Source of the DNA: Octopus sinensis | Lineage: Eukaryota | Length of the DNA stretch: 64,000 bases | Reading direction: 5' to 3' | NCBI RefSeq assembly: GCF_006345805.1 | Contig: NC_043013.1 | Span: forward strand, 42,532,001-42,596,000 | Shown here: positions 25,113-36,990 of the stretch, one piece after another | How the letters are laid out: each line of letters opens with the position of its first letter | How positions within the stretch are numbered: the stretch's first letter is position 1 | Translations under genes and position numbers: made by a program | The notes under the pieces: model-generated | Database searches by the model: none | The model's input: only the letters and a program-made list of their open reading frames with translations | Told to the model about the DNA's origin: nothing

Positions 25113-25568
25113 ACACCAGCTTGCTTGGTGAGGAGGGTGTTTATTGGACACCCTGCGGGATGAAAAACAAAACCCGTCACAGGGCGGAGGAACTCTTGAG
25201 AGTCAACGGCCATCCAATAAATGTCTTAAGGATGTATCATGCGCGGGGACATAGAAATAATGGGACTGAATACCCGATCACGCGGTTAAATCATCGAGAG
25301 TGAAGGACTCCTAGCCTTTGTTAGGGCATCCTTCTACTGGGATAACTCCGACATAAAACCTTTGGCTCAGTGGTTACCAATGATGTTGACTTGTTCTTCT
25401 TTTCGGATTATGGCTGCTGTTGCTTAGTGAGTGGGATTGACTCAGTGCACAGCCTTTCCTCACTTAAAAAAAATTCTTCTTGCACAGGCATTGCACGATA
25501 ACAACATTGATTAAGCTTCATGCAATGGCCATACTTGATAACGAGGGGGCAGCCACCATGTATGTATG

Positions 25569-25617
<49 letters not shown>

Positions 25618-25692
25618 ATATATGCATATATATGCATATAAACAGTGTGTGTATATATATATAAATGTATATATATATATGTATATATATAT

Positions 25693-25993
25693 GCACGTAA
25701 AAGCACCATCCGCTCGTGTCCGTTGCCAGCCTCGCCTGGCCCCCGTGCTGGTGGCACATAAAAACACCATCCGTTCGTGGCCGTTTGCCAGCTCTGTCTG
25801 GCACCTGTGCAGGTGGCACGTAAAAAGCACCCACTACACTCACGGAGTGGTTGGCGTTAGGAAGGGCATCCAGCCGTAGAAACACTGCCAAATCTGACTG
25901 GGCCTAATGAAGCCTTCCGGCTTCACAGACCCCAGTTAAACCGTCCAACCCATGCTAGCATGGAAAACGGACGCTAAATGATGATGATGATGA
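25693..25993 (+). mobile_element. RTE LINE 3' UTR copy
   Basis: Ends ggacgctaaat(gat)n. Confidence 0.75.
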
Positions 25994-26022
25994 TGTATGT
26001 ATATGTATATATGTATATATAC

Positions 26023-26372
26023 CATCATCATTGTCGTCGTTTAACATCTACTTTCCATACTGGCATGGTTTGGACAGTTTGTCTGAGAACTGGCAGGCCC
26101 GGAGGCTGCACTAGGCTCCAATCTGATTTGGCAATGTTTCTACAGCTGGATGCCCCTCCTAACGCCAACGACTCTGAGAGTGTAGTGGGTGCTTTTTTAC
26201 GTGCCACCGGCACAGGTGCCAGTCAGGCAACACAGGCATTGGCCACATTCGACTGGTGCTTTTTGCGTACCGCCAGCTCAGGTGCCAGTCAGACAGCACT
26301 GGCATCGGCCACAGTCGAATTATGTCTGTTATGTGCCACCGGCACTGGTGCCAGTCAGGTGGCCCTGTCATC
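26023..26372 (-). mobile_element. RTE LINE 3' UTR copy, tail-to-tail with the previous copy
   Basis: Starts catcatcat..tttaacatc. Confidence 0.7.
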
Positions 26373-26529
26373 AGCCACGGCTCTACATTAAAGCTTCCTG
26401 CTACATTAAGCTATATTAACTGCTGCGCCTCGATCTTCCATCAGATCTTTCGCTGTTTGTTTACTTTCTCTGTGTCTAACCACTTTTTCTTTTCTATTTT
26501 TTCTCTAACAAAAATAATCCGCCACCAAT

Positions 26530-27260
26530 TCCTCCACTGCTGCCACCACCACCACAATAACAACAACGTTGCTGACGTCTACCCCCCCCCCCTATCACCA
26601 CCACCACCACCATATGTCTGCAGCCGTCACTACTAAAAATTATATCATTGTTGCCACGGTTAGACTATTAGCTGCCGCACAGATCCGTCCTCCTCGTCCC
26701 CACCATCTTTCTGTCTTACATATTCAGCCATTGCCGCCATCTCACACCACCTCAGTCAGCCTTCCTCCCTCTTTCACCACAACCACCACCTCCTCTACTA
26801 AAGACTGCCTCTTCCTTGTACTACCACTACCACCACTATTATTGTCCTTCTTCCTCCTCCTCCTCTTCCTATCCCCACTACCACCATCATATCCCCTGCA
26901 TTCTACCATTACCGTCTCTATATAATCTATCCACCACCCCACTAAGCCTTTCTTCTCCTCCTCCGCTCTCACCATCTCCAGATCATCTTCACCGCCGTTA
27001 CCGCCATCACCACCACCGCCACTGCCATAGTCTCTCTCTCTCTCTCTCTCTTTTTTTCTCCTCTCCCTCTCTCCAAACAGCTGACACTCACCCTGCTCTC
27101 TTCCACCATTACCGTCTCTGTGCTTCCATCCACCCTTCTAGCTTTCCGCTCTTAATTCTATCATCATCTCCACCGTTACTACTTTCACCCTCCACCCTCC
27201 TCTTACTATCACCACCATCACCATCACCACCATCACCATCACCATCGCCCATATCATCTC
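26530..27260. repeat. Degenerate CAC/CCT/CT low-complexity tract
   Basis: Pyrimidine-rich trinucleotide runs. Confidence 0.8.
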
Positions 27261-28659
27261 CACTGTGATTCTAGTCACTGGTGCTGCCCCTTGCTGGCGC
27301 CTGGTCGTCTGAGATAAGAACATTGTATACAATGCCTTGCATGTGTTGCAAACTTGCTATGGCACTGACCTTCTGCTGTTGATTTGGTAGTAGTTACTGC
27401 AGCTGTTTTGTTGTTGATCCCCTGGTCGCCCCACATACACACACACACACACATCCATCCATCGAACAGACCTATGATCAAAGGCTTTCCATTGAAGATA
27501 ATCCCATCTTTTTGTGTAATCCCTCTAAACTACTTCACCCCATTTTCTTTTTAAAAAACAGTAGCGTGGATTGTGTAGATTTGGCTGCTCTTTCTAGCAA
27601 CTCGAGCAACCACATAGAAGTCTCTCTTATCCTTACTGTTGGGTTGTTATTAACTATCCTGGGTCACTTTAATCATGCGCACTTTTGATTACAACGCATT
27701 CCAGCTGTGACCATCCCATCTGTGTCATAATTTTTTTGTTTCCTTATTGGAGAAGGTGCACAGACTGCATCGAAATTAACAGCTAATGTCTTTTTTTTTT
27801 AGGCCATAAGATGCGATTTGAAGGAGAATTGGCTTCTATTTTTAACAGGTCAGGCAACCAATGTTGAGCTTTCCTCATCGGCTCTGGTGGCGGCGGCGGT
27901 GGTGGTGGTGTTGTCGGCTACTGATGTTGATATAACCCCAAAGTCCTGTTCTGTCTGTTGCATAATCCCAAGTCTGATCAAGCAAGCATAGGATCAAAAG
28001 CTGATTACACAACCTCCCTTTTTTTTTTATCAGAGACAAGTAAAGTGTACACTTGGAGATTTGGCTGTTATTTCTAGCATGTCAAACGACCATGCAGAGG
28101 CACCTTTGGTAGTTCGGTTGATTCAATACAGTGGTTAGTGCAATGTTGATGATGGTGTGGTGTGTTTGTTAGTAGTGTGATAGTCATATAAGTTGACGTT
28201 GTGTTGCACATTTCACATATTTGGTGTCTTGCAGTTCAACCTGATGCAACTCAGCTACAAGTTCAATGTTGGAGCTTGGTTATGGAAATTGAGTTACCAC
28301 ATTCACTTGTGTATAAGATGCACCCCTAACTTGGTGGTAAATCTTGATACAACATTTTCTTTTCCTTTCATAGTTTTAGCTTTGCCCCCTGTATAAATTA
28401 CACCCCAGCTTTTACAGTTAAAATCAAGTATAAAATAGGCATGGCTGTGTGGTAGGAAGCTTGCATACAAACCACATGGTTCCAGATTCAGTCCCACTGC
28501 ATGGTACCTTGGGCAAATGTCCTCTGCTATACCCTCAGGCCAAACAAAGCTTTGTGAGTGGATTTGGTAGATGGAAGCTGTTGTGTGTGTGTGTGTGTAT
28601 GTATGTGTGTGTATATATATATATATAATATATATATATATATAATATATATATATGTT

Positions 28660-28888
28660 TCTTTATTACCCACAAGTGGCTAAACATAGAGAGGACAAAC
28701 AAGGACACACAAACGAGTTAAGTCGATTACATCGACCCCAGTGAGTAACTGGTACTTAATTTATTGACCCCGAAAGGATGAAAGACAAAGTTGACCTCAG
28801 TGAAATTTGAACACAGAACGTAACGGCAGACGAAATACGGCTACGCATTTCGCCCGGCGTGCTAACGGTTCTGCCAGCTTGCCGCCTT
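28660..28888 (-). mobile_element. SINE family C
   Basis: Homologous to 36991-37221. Confidence 0.75.
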
Positions 28889-28911
28889 TTGATATATATA
28901 TATATACACAT

Positions 28912-29129
28912 ACACACACAGGATACTGAAAAGTTCCTGGCTTTCAGGATGTCATGAAAGGCTTGGTTGGAGGCCAAATCTTCCAAGTTCTTTTACAGGG
29001 CTTAGTGTAATAAGTGTGTGAATCTGAGAGAGAAAGAAATATGTTGTATAAAATCATAATTAACCGATCCTCCTGTATTTTCTTTTACCCAAAGCCAGGA
29101 ACTTTTTAGCACCCCCCCACCCCACCCCG
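28912..29129. mobile_element. mariner-type MITE
   Basis: TIR core tactgaaaagttcctggcttt / aaagccaggaactttttagca; ends cgTA. Confidence 0.6.
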
Positions 29130-29485
29130 TATATATATGTGTGTGTGTCTGTGGTTTGTTCCCCATCACCACTTGTCAGCCGGTATCGGTGTGTTTACAT
29201 AAAGAATAATGAGTGTGTGTGTGCATTACACATAATACCTTCAGGATTAAATAAAAAGGCAACAAACAGAAAATATGACCTACCTATATTATACAAATAA
29301 ACATGTAGTAAATAAACAAACGGACATATTCTAAATGCACAGGTGGACAGAATGCATAGGTCACCAGTTCTTTATCAGTTATCAGCCAGGGGCATCAGAG
29401 GCAATTTCAGCCATTATCGATAATGGCTGAAATATATACATACATGTGTGTGTGTATATATATATGTATATTTATAAGTATGCAT

Positions 29486-29769
29486 CTGAACATGGCCGAT
29501 GCCAGCGCCGCCTCGACTGGTTTCTGTGCCGGTGGCACGTAAAAAGCACCAACCGATCGTGGCCGCTGCCAGCCTCTCGTGGCACGGAAAAAGTACCCAC
29601 TACACTCATGGAGTGGTTGGCGTTAGGAAGGGCATCCAGCTATAGAAACACGTCCAGATCAGACTGGAGCCTGGTGCAACCTCCTGACTTCCCAGACCCC
29701 GGTGGAACCGTCCAACCCATGCTAGTACGGAAAACGGGTGTTAAACGATGATGATAATGATGATGATGA
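29486..29769 (+). mobile_element. 5'-truncated RTE LINE 3' UTR with 15-bp TSD
   Basis: TSD tttataagtatgcat at 29471-85 and 29770-84; (GAT)n tail. Confidence 0.85.
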
Positions 29770-29816
29770 TTTATAAGTATGCATATAATTTCTATGTATA
29801 TATATATATATATATC

Positions 29817-30050
29817 ATCATCATCATCATCATTTAACCTCCGCTTTCCATGCTAGCGTGGATTGAACGATTTGACTGAGGACTGGTGAGCCAGATGGCT
29901 GCACCAGGCACCAATCTCATCTGGCAGAGTTTCTACAGCTGGATGCCTTTCCTAATACCAACCACTCCGAGAGTGTAGTGGGTGCTTTTTTACGTGCCAC
30001 TGGCACAGGTGCCAGTCAGGCGGTGCACTCAAATGGTGTTTTTTACTTGT
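29817..30050 (-). mobile_element. RTE LINE 3' UTR copy, tail-to-tail with the previous copy
   Basis: (CAT)n then family sequence. Confidence 0.75.
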
Positions 30051-30092
30051 GTATATACAGTTTTTAGCTGACTCTGTATATATATATATATA

Positions 30093-30595
30093 CTAGCAGT
30101 ATCGCCCGGCGTTGCTCGGGTTTGTAAGGGAAATAACTATATAAGCATTTTTAGAGAGTTACTTCCCTTATAGATGCCAATTCGGACTTTCTTAGCCATT
30201 TCTGTTTTGGTGTCTTCAAGCCATGAAGTCGTTGTTCTAAAAGAACACTGGTCTCCTTGACAACGCTTTACGACGTTGATTTCCTTACACTCCCTTCCCC
30301 ACAGCTTCACGATGAGGGAAGAAGGGGGAAAAGCAACACAGGTGCAGGTGTGACCATGGACGCCAACTCCGCCGCCATCGACACACGAAAAATTATGCAT
30401 TAAAATGGAATAAAAAATGATGTTAAATTATTTTTAAAAATCGTAGACTCGCGCTAATACTCAGATGGGCTCGATATGAATCACGACTATAAGATACTCG
30501 AATTTGGTTAAACTGCACCACAAAATGTGGGAGTAGTTAGGAATCTAAATCGAAGGGGACAGACACTCACACAACTACAGTTTTATATATATAGA
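30093..30595 (-). mobile_element. Non-autonomous Helitron
   Basis: Minus strand A|TC(TATATA...) ... hairpin cccgagcaacgccggg (30105-20) ... CTAG|T; no TSD. Confidence 0.8.
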
Positions 30596-30959
30596 TATAT
30601 ATACGGTAGCCTTCAACTAACACTATCTCCTCCGAGACCTTGCGGCGCAAGTTGACCAAAATTGAGAGTATGATAGAAGAAGGCTTGCTCTTCCTTCTGT
30701 AGAAGAAAAAATTCAAATCGGACCATGTTAATACCAAAAATTATTTACATCAAAAAGGTGCTTTTTTTTTTTCTGTGAAAATCCCTTTTTTTTTTACTGC
30801 TGTGTCGCCACTTTTCGGTGTATTTCAACCAGAAAAATGTTCACTCAACAAGAATAACAAGCTACATAATGCAAAATTTTTACTTTTCAAAAATTCCAAT
30901 TCTAAAGGGTCGAAAAGAAAACAAGCCCGAGCAACATATATGTATGTGTGTGTGTATAT

Positions 30960-31013
<54 letters not shown>

Positions 31014-31084
31014 ATAGATAGATATTTATATATGTAATGCAGTGTAATAGTTATATTTACAGTTTGATTTTTTTCTCTTTTCAG

Positions 31085-31267
31085 ATTGTTGGAGTTACAC
31101 TGAATCTGAGAAGTGCAAAGATGAATGTGTAGCTCAATTAAGCCATGCCAACATTGACAAAACGAACAACACTCCCATGTACTGCTGTTGCTCTGGTTAT
31201 AGGTGCAATGCCAATTTCACACATGAAAACAGGTCTCTAAGCATTCTTCCCTTTGCAACAACTACAG
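31085..31267 (+). CDS. BMPR2: BMPR2 exon: C-terminal half of ectodomain
   Basis: tttcag|AT TGT TGG ... ACA G|gtaaga; (D)CWSYTESEKCKDECVAQ...MYCCCSGYRCNANF; 183 nt, phase 1/1. Confidence 0.9.
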
Positions 31268-31299
31268 GTAAGAAACTGGTTGGCAGTGAGAGCAGAGTG

Positions 31300-31690
31300 G
31301 CTGGGAGATCCTTGACCGGAGAGGTGGATGATTGGTTGGTGGAGGTAGGGGTGAAGGTGGGGGTGATGTGTGTCTGATTGGAAATGGAATAGAGGCGCAG
31401 GTGGGGGGGCGGTGTATGGTTGGGGTTGGTCGTAGGTTTCCACCCCATCTGCTGTGTGGGTGCATAATGGTGATTATGTTTCAGGTTGGATGCAAGTTTG
31501 TTGGGGGTTGGAGGTACGGAGGTGGGGGTTGTGTAGCCATGTATGGTGGTGGTGGTGCTGGTATGACTGGTAGTGGAATGGATGATTGCAGCACTCGTAG
31601 TTGTGTATCAGTTGGGCCCACGGAGTGGTAGGTGGTGTGATTGGTAAGGGAGTGGGGATTTAGTCAGGTGGTTATGATGGATGTGGTGGT
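31300..31690. repeat. GGT/GT-rich low-complexity tract in intron
   Basis: Degenerate GGT/GAT repeats. Confidence 0.65.
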
Positions 31691-32017
31691 AGAGTGTGTA
31701 TGTATATATATATATATATATGTGTGTGTACCTATATATGAGTGTGTGTGGTATTTATACAGTGTTAAACACTTCCAGTATGCAAATTAGGGATTCCTTC
31801 ATAGAGTAACTGCTGCATTTGTTGAGTATATAAACAGTTTGGCTGCTTGTTTCTCTGGAGATTGTCAAGATGATGTGGACGCCTCTGCTAAGAACCCAAT
31901 AAGGTCCAAAAACCAATTAAGGTTGTTCATCATTTTCTCAGTCTGCGGAGAAATGGCTAAAATTTGCCCTGTTTATAATTATACCATATGTTATATATTT
32001 ATATATATATATATATA

Positions 32018-32527
32018 CTGTAAATCCTCGAGTATAATCTGCATTTTTTTCCCAAAATTTAAAGGTCAAAATCCCTAGTGTGTACTATGTACAAAGTTAA
32101 AAATGAAAATTATTTTCTAAGCAATGTCCGAGTCTCTATTTTCTGTCCGGCAATGTTTATTCAGATGCATTTTGTGATGCTGGGCACGAAAATACCTTAA
32201 GCTAAGCCTGAAAGCAATGAAGTCATAAAAGAATCATCCATAACTTGCAATAAGCAACATTTATTAAACGTTATTACTGTTATTTCTTTATTTTCTGCAA
32301 ACAAAATGCACAAAAAAGCTACAAGTTTGCATTATGTTATACGTACAATAATAATAAAGGATGTTACTGTATACATTTTTACAAACCAAGGACGTTATAT
32401 TGACCTCCTTGACTCAAGTTAGAGAAAAGGTGCGTATTATTCACAAGGTTAAGGTTTCTCAGGTACAGCTCCCTAAAATTCCCCTGCGTATTATACTCAA
32501 GGGTGGACTATACTCGAGGATTTATGG
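32018..32527. mobile_element. pogo/Tc1-mariner-type MITE, copy 2
   Basis: TA|ctgtaaatcctcgagtata ... tatactcgaggatttatgg|TA. Confidence 0.8.
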
Positions 32528-32788
32528 TACATATATATATACCTAGATAAATGTATGTATATATATATAGTAATATAATAAAAGTAAATAATATCTTTAA
32601 TGGTTTTTAAAAAAACCAACAATTATTTACTGGTAGATTTCGGCATGTAAATATATATTTTTATATATATATATATATATATAACTATACATGCACACAC
32701 ACACAGCAAGATCTTTTGCTGTCTGTGTCTTTGTGGTTTACTTATCTCCGTGCAACTGACCTATGTCACTTTCTTCTTTATTCTACAG

Positions 32789-33337
32789 TTCATCCTGACA
32801 TAGACAAGTTCAGTGAAAACACCATCCTCATCATTATAATATGCTTGTTTGGGGCTGGCAGCTTTATATTCGTCCTGAGCTTCTGCATATACTGTGTCTA
32901 CCGGAAACGGCAGCATCCACTGCCAGAAATCATAGAAGAGGCACCAAGTGCACCACCTGGTATCGACATTAGTAACGTGAAGATGTTGGACGTGATCGCA
33001 AAGGGAAAATACGGAGAGGTATGGTCCGGCAAGCTGAACGGTCTGCCTGTAGCTGTGAAGGTCTTCCATCATAACCATCGCCAGTTCTACAATAACGAGA
33101 AATATATCTATGCTTTGCCATTCATGGAATTTGACAACCTACTCAAGTTCTATGGTGCAGATGAGCTGGTTAACAGCGAAGGGCTGCACCAGTATTGCAT
33201 TGTGCTTTCTTACGTGCCGAATGGCACACTAATGAATTACTTACGGGAACACTCTGTCGACTGGTCGGAAATGTGTCGCATCATACTCTCCCTCACTCGT
33301 GGCTTGGCCCATCTGCATCTGGACATCACCAAGGGAG
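32789..33337 (+). CDS. BMPR2: BMPR2 exon: TM helix and kinase N-lobe
   Basis: ctacag|TT CAT ... GGA G|gtaggt; TM ILIIIICLFGAGSFIFVLSFCIYCVY, IAKGKYGEVW, VAVK, LTRGLAHLH; 549 nt. Confidence 0.95.
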
Positions 33338-33629
33338 GTAGGTACATTACAGAATGCTTTATTGCATCAGTAAATGCAATTGCACACATTCTGCTACAAT
33401 GCAACTCATTGATGTAGTTTGTTCTTGTATTATTGTTTTTTGCTTATTGTATTTATGTGTGATTTTTTTTTTGCTCGTTTGGCAAATATGCCCATCATTG
33501 TCAAAATCATCATCATCAATATCCCAGAGTTGTTATATAATTAACACCACCCAGTTTCGATTAAACCTGTTCACTACCATCACCATATATGTTTTCAAAT
33601 TTTAGCACAAGGTCAGCAAGTTCAGGAGA

Positions 33630-33835
33630 GTGGGGGCAAGTCAATGACATTGACCCCAGTGCAAGTCAGGAAAGCGGGCAAGTTGATTACATTGACCCCC
33701 AGTGCAAGTTCAGGAGTGGAAGCAAGTCGATTACATTGACCCCCAATGCAAGTCAGGAGAAGGGGCAAGTCGATTACATTGACCCCCAATGCAAGTCAGC
33801 AGAAGGGGCAAGTCGATTACATTGACCCCCCCAGT
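33630..33835. repeat. About 43-bp minisatellite (5 units) inside a SINE C variant (about 33590-33960, minus)
   Basis: gcaagtcgattacattgacccc at about 33636, 33678, 33722, 33765 and 33808. Confidence 0.9.
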
Positions 33836-34251
33836 GCTCAACTGGTTACTTATTTTATCACCCCCAAAAGGCAAAGTTGACCATGGCTGGTTTTGAACTC
33901 AGAACATAAAACCCAGATGAAATGTCACTAAACATTTTGCCCAGCATTCTAACAGTTCTCCCAGCACCATCCACTACCATATATTAAACAATACACTCAA
34001 CTCATCCTCTCCGCCACTTACCCTTTCCTTTCTCCTTTCATTTTCCATCCACTGTACCCACATATCCCCTCTGAAGCAAAATTCGTGTTTCTATCCCTTT
34101 GTCATACTTGAACCTTTCATCACCTGGTTCAAAGCCATCTCAGTTGAATGGTGGGAGGAGGGTCATGTCTTGCAAGTTGCTTGGCGACCTTCCTTGTTGG
34201 TGCCATGTAAAAAGCACCCAGCCCACTCTGTAAAATGGTTGGTGTTAAGAA

Positions 34252-34444
34252 CAGGGGCGTATATTCCGGGTGTGCTAGGTGTGTGTGCTGCACACCCATT
34301 GCAAAGGGCAAATTCGTTATAATTAACCTTACTCTTTAATTTAGTCACAGAGCTTAATGGGAAACTTTTGATATACCCCTGCTCGAAATTTGGTGACATC
34401 GGGTGTGGTAGCACACCCATTACAACAACCACCATACACCAGTG
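34252..34444. mobile_element. Small hAT-like MITE nested in an RTE 3' UTR copy
   Basis: Ends caggggcgtat / atacaccagtg; TSD gttaagaa/tttaggaa duplicates the host motif gttaggaa. Confidence 0.55.
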
Positions 34445-35096
34445 TTTAGGAAGGGCATCCAGCCATGCCAAAGGAGACAATAGAACATGGTACAGTCTTC
34501 TGAACTGTCGGCATGGGAAGCAGTCATTAAGTGGTGGTGGTGGTGGTGGTGGCAGCAGTGGTGGTGGTGGCAGCAGTGGTGGTGGCGGTGGCGGCAATGA
34601 CTCCTGTTACACTACTAACTCCACCACTACCACCATATAATACATCCATTATATCACCACCATCATATATGATGCAATTGTTACATCACCACATCACAAT
34701 ATATGTACCTGTTACCTTACAACCTCTACCACCACCATCACCACTAACATCCCTCAAGGCGGTGCTCCAGCATGGCCACAGTCAAATGACTGAAACAAGT
34801 AAAAGAATAAAAAGACTATATATATAAGCAAAGCACTAAACTTCCCCTGCCCCTCCCCCAACTACCTGACGGCTCGAAGAGTACAGAGAAGAGGAGAAAG
34901 GTGTAATTCCAGGTGGTCTGCGTGCTGTGATAACATGGCACAGTTCTCTGACCCACCGGCCCCTGTTCAACCATTCAACCAAAGTCAACTTGGAAAATGG
35001 ACATTAAATGATGATGATGATGATAACGACGAATGAATCAGTTTGATTAACTAATCTCATTGGTAAGCATTGTCAACTCAATGGTTTACATTTCAG

Positions 35097-35266
35097 ATAA
35101 GGTGAAACCTGCCATTGCCCACCGAGACTTCAATTCAAGGAACGTCCTCATCCGACCCAACTTGAGTTGTGTCGTGGCAGACTTGGGATTCTGCATGGCA
35201 ACCATGGGTTCCAAATTGATTCGGAATGGCTATTCCGAGAGCGCTGAGCAGTCTTCGCTCACTGAT
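35097..35266 (+). CDS. BMPR2: BMPR2 exon: catalytic loop
   Basis: tttcag|AT AAG ... ACT GAT|gtaagt; KPAIAHRDFNSRNVLI...ADLGF; 170 nt. Confidence 0.95.
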
Positions 35267-35939
35267 GTAAGTACTCTAGATCTGACAACTGAATTACTGC
35301 CATGCCTGTGTATACCTGAGTCAGTGCATGTATGTGTGTGTGAGTATGTGAGAATCTGTGTGTGTGTATGTGTGAGTCAATATGTGAGTGTGTGTGTGTA
35401 CAAGTTGGTGTGTGCATGTATATATGTGGGCATGTGTATATATGGGTGCATGTGTATGTGTGTGTAATGTATAAGTGTGAGTCAGTGTATATATGTATTA
35501 GTCCTTTTTCTTGTACAGTTTCATCACACAAAATCAGACATATTATGTACATATGTTGTTGTTTATAGCTCCTGGGCAGATCTTATTCAGGAAATCTGTA
35601 ATGAAGGATGTTCCAACCATGACCATCTTATTCCCTCATTTCTTTTTTTTTTTTGTTCTGACCAGACATGTTGCAGTCTAGGCTTACATTAGCCATGTGT
35701 CCATTTTAGGAGAACAGTTGATTTAGCTGCCATTTCTAGTAGGTAAAATGTCCCCATAGGAACACCATTTTTGTGTGATGCATTGATGTTATTGTTTGAC
35801 CTCAGGGCAAACCTGATCCAGTAGATCTTGAATCAAAGGCATTCCAGTCATGACCATCTCATCTTTATTTTTTTCTCTATTATAATGTATCTAGTACTAA
35901 TTATCCAGTGTGTCCCTCTTGTTTTTAAAGACTATAAAT

Positions 35940-36070
35940 CAGTAGTTCACGACCAGGGTCCTTATCACCCTTGGGGATCCACTTAAGATTTTGTTGTTAA
36001 AAATCATCTGCAATAAATTGATTACAATCCCTAATAATGTTTGATTATGAAATATAGTTGAGAACCTCTG
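35940..36070. mobile_element. hAT MITE (deleted form of the 1260 family)
   Basis: cagtagttc...gagaacctctg; TSD ctataaat/ctatagat. Confidence 0.65.
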
Positions 36071-36281
36071 CTATAGATTAGGATATGAGGGAGATTTGGC
36101 TACTATTTCTAGCAAGTTGAGTAACCATGTAGAGTGTCCATTGCTGGCAAGTATTTTCACAGATTCCTTCTGGTAACAGCTCAACTGATATATATATATA
36201 ATTGTTAAAGAAGACAATAAACATTAAGGCAAGGCAAACCTCCCAAGTCGTATACATTATTATTATTGGAAAAAATTCAAA

Positions 36282-36320
36282 GTCTTACAGCTGTTTTGGA
36301 GATATTCCATCATCAGAGAC
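36282..36320 (-). ncRNA. Degenerate minimal type I hammerhead motif (G12>A)
   Basis: Minus strand GUCU CUGAUGA UGGAAUAUCUCC AAAAC AGCU GUA AGAC; palindromic stem III ACAGCUGU; GAAA mutated. Confidence 0.5.
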
Positions 36321-36440
36321 AAATAGGGAAAATGAGAAGGGTATAGATTAATGAAATGACGACATAGAGGATATTATTATAGTATTGTATACAAATTATA
36401 TAATATTATATTAAATATCAAATGATTCATAGTATATATA

Positions 36441-36776
36441 GTGAAGGCGCATGGCTTAGTGGTTAGAGCGTCAAGCTTACGATCAGGAGGTTGTGAGCTC
36501 GAATCCCGGACCAGGCTGCGTGTTATGTTCTTGAGCAAGACACTTTATTTCACGTTGCTCCAGTTCACTCAGCTGTAGAAATGAGTTGCGACATCACAGG
36601 TGCCAAGCAGTATCGGCTGTTGCCTTTCCCTTGGATAACACTGGTGGCGTGGAGAGGGGAGGCCGGTATGCATGGGTGACTGCTGGACTTCCATAAACAA
36701 CCTTGCCTGGACTTGTGCCTGGGAGGATAACTTTCTAGGTGCAATCCCATGGTCTGTGTCGTGACCGAAAGAGGTC
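36441..36776 (+). mobile_element. tRNA-derived SINE with 14-bp TSD
   Basis: TSD tcatagtatatata at 36427-40 and 36777-90; A/B boxes; inverse copy at about 47995-48325. Confidence 0.85.
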
Positions 36777-36990
36777 TCATAGTATATATAAATTAATAAA
36801 ATATAAAATATTTATTTATGCATAAAAATAGGGGTATTATGTGGCCATGAGGTGGGGTGATGGCCCAAAAAGTTTGAGAACCTCTGATCTATATGAACAA
36901 TGCAATGGGATATAGAAAAATCAGTAATTGGTGTATATGCATACTTCAGGAGTTGTTACTCCTTCTTCAACACTACCTCCAACCCATTAA

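Noticed and set aside
25110-25400. Possible HDV-like ribozyme or LINE 5' UTR
   Set aside because: Could not assemble the nested P1/P2/P3 pseudoknot by eye
26530-27270. His/Pro/Ser-rich ORFs
   Set aside because: Low-complexity trinucleotide DNA with no domain or splice support
32716-33417. ORF-track starts and ends for the kinase ORFs (also 35060, 39814, 42504)
   Set aside because: They run into introns; true limits are the splice sites given in the features
33589-33825. ORF with GQVDYIDP repeats
   Set aside because: Minisatellite within a SINE; no splice context
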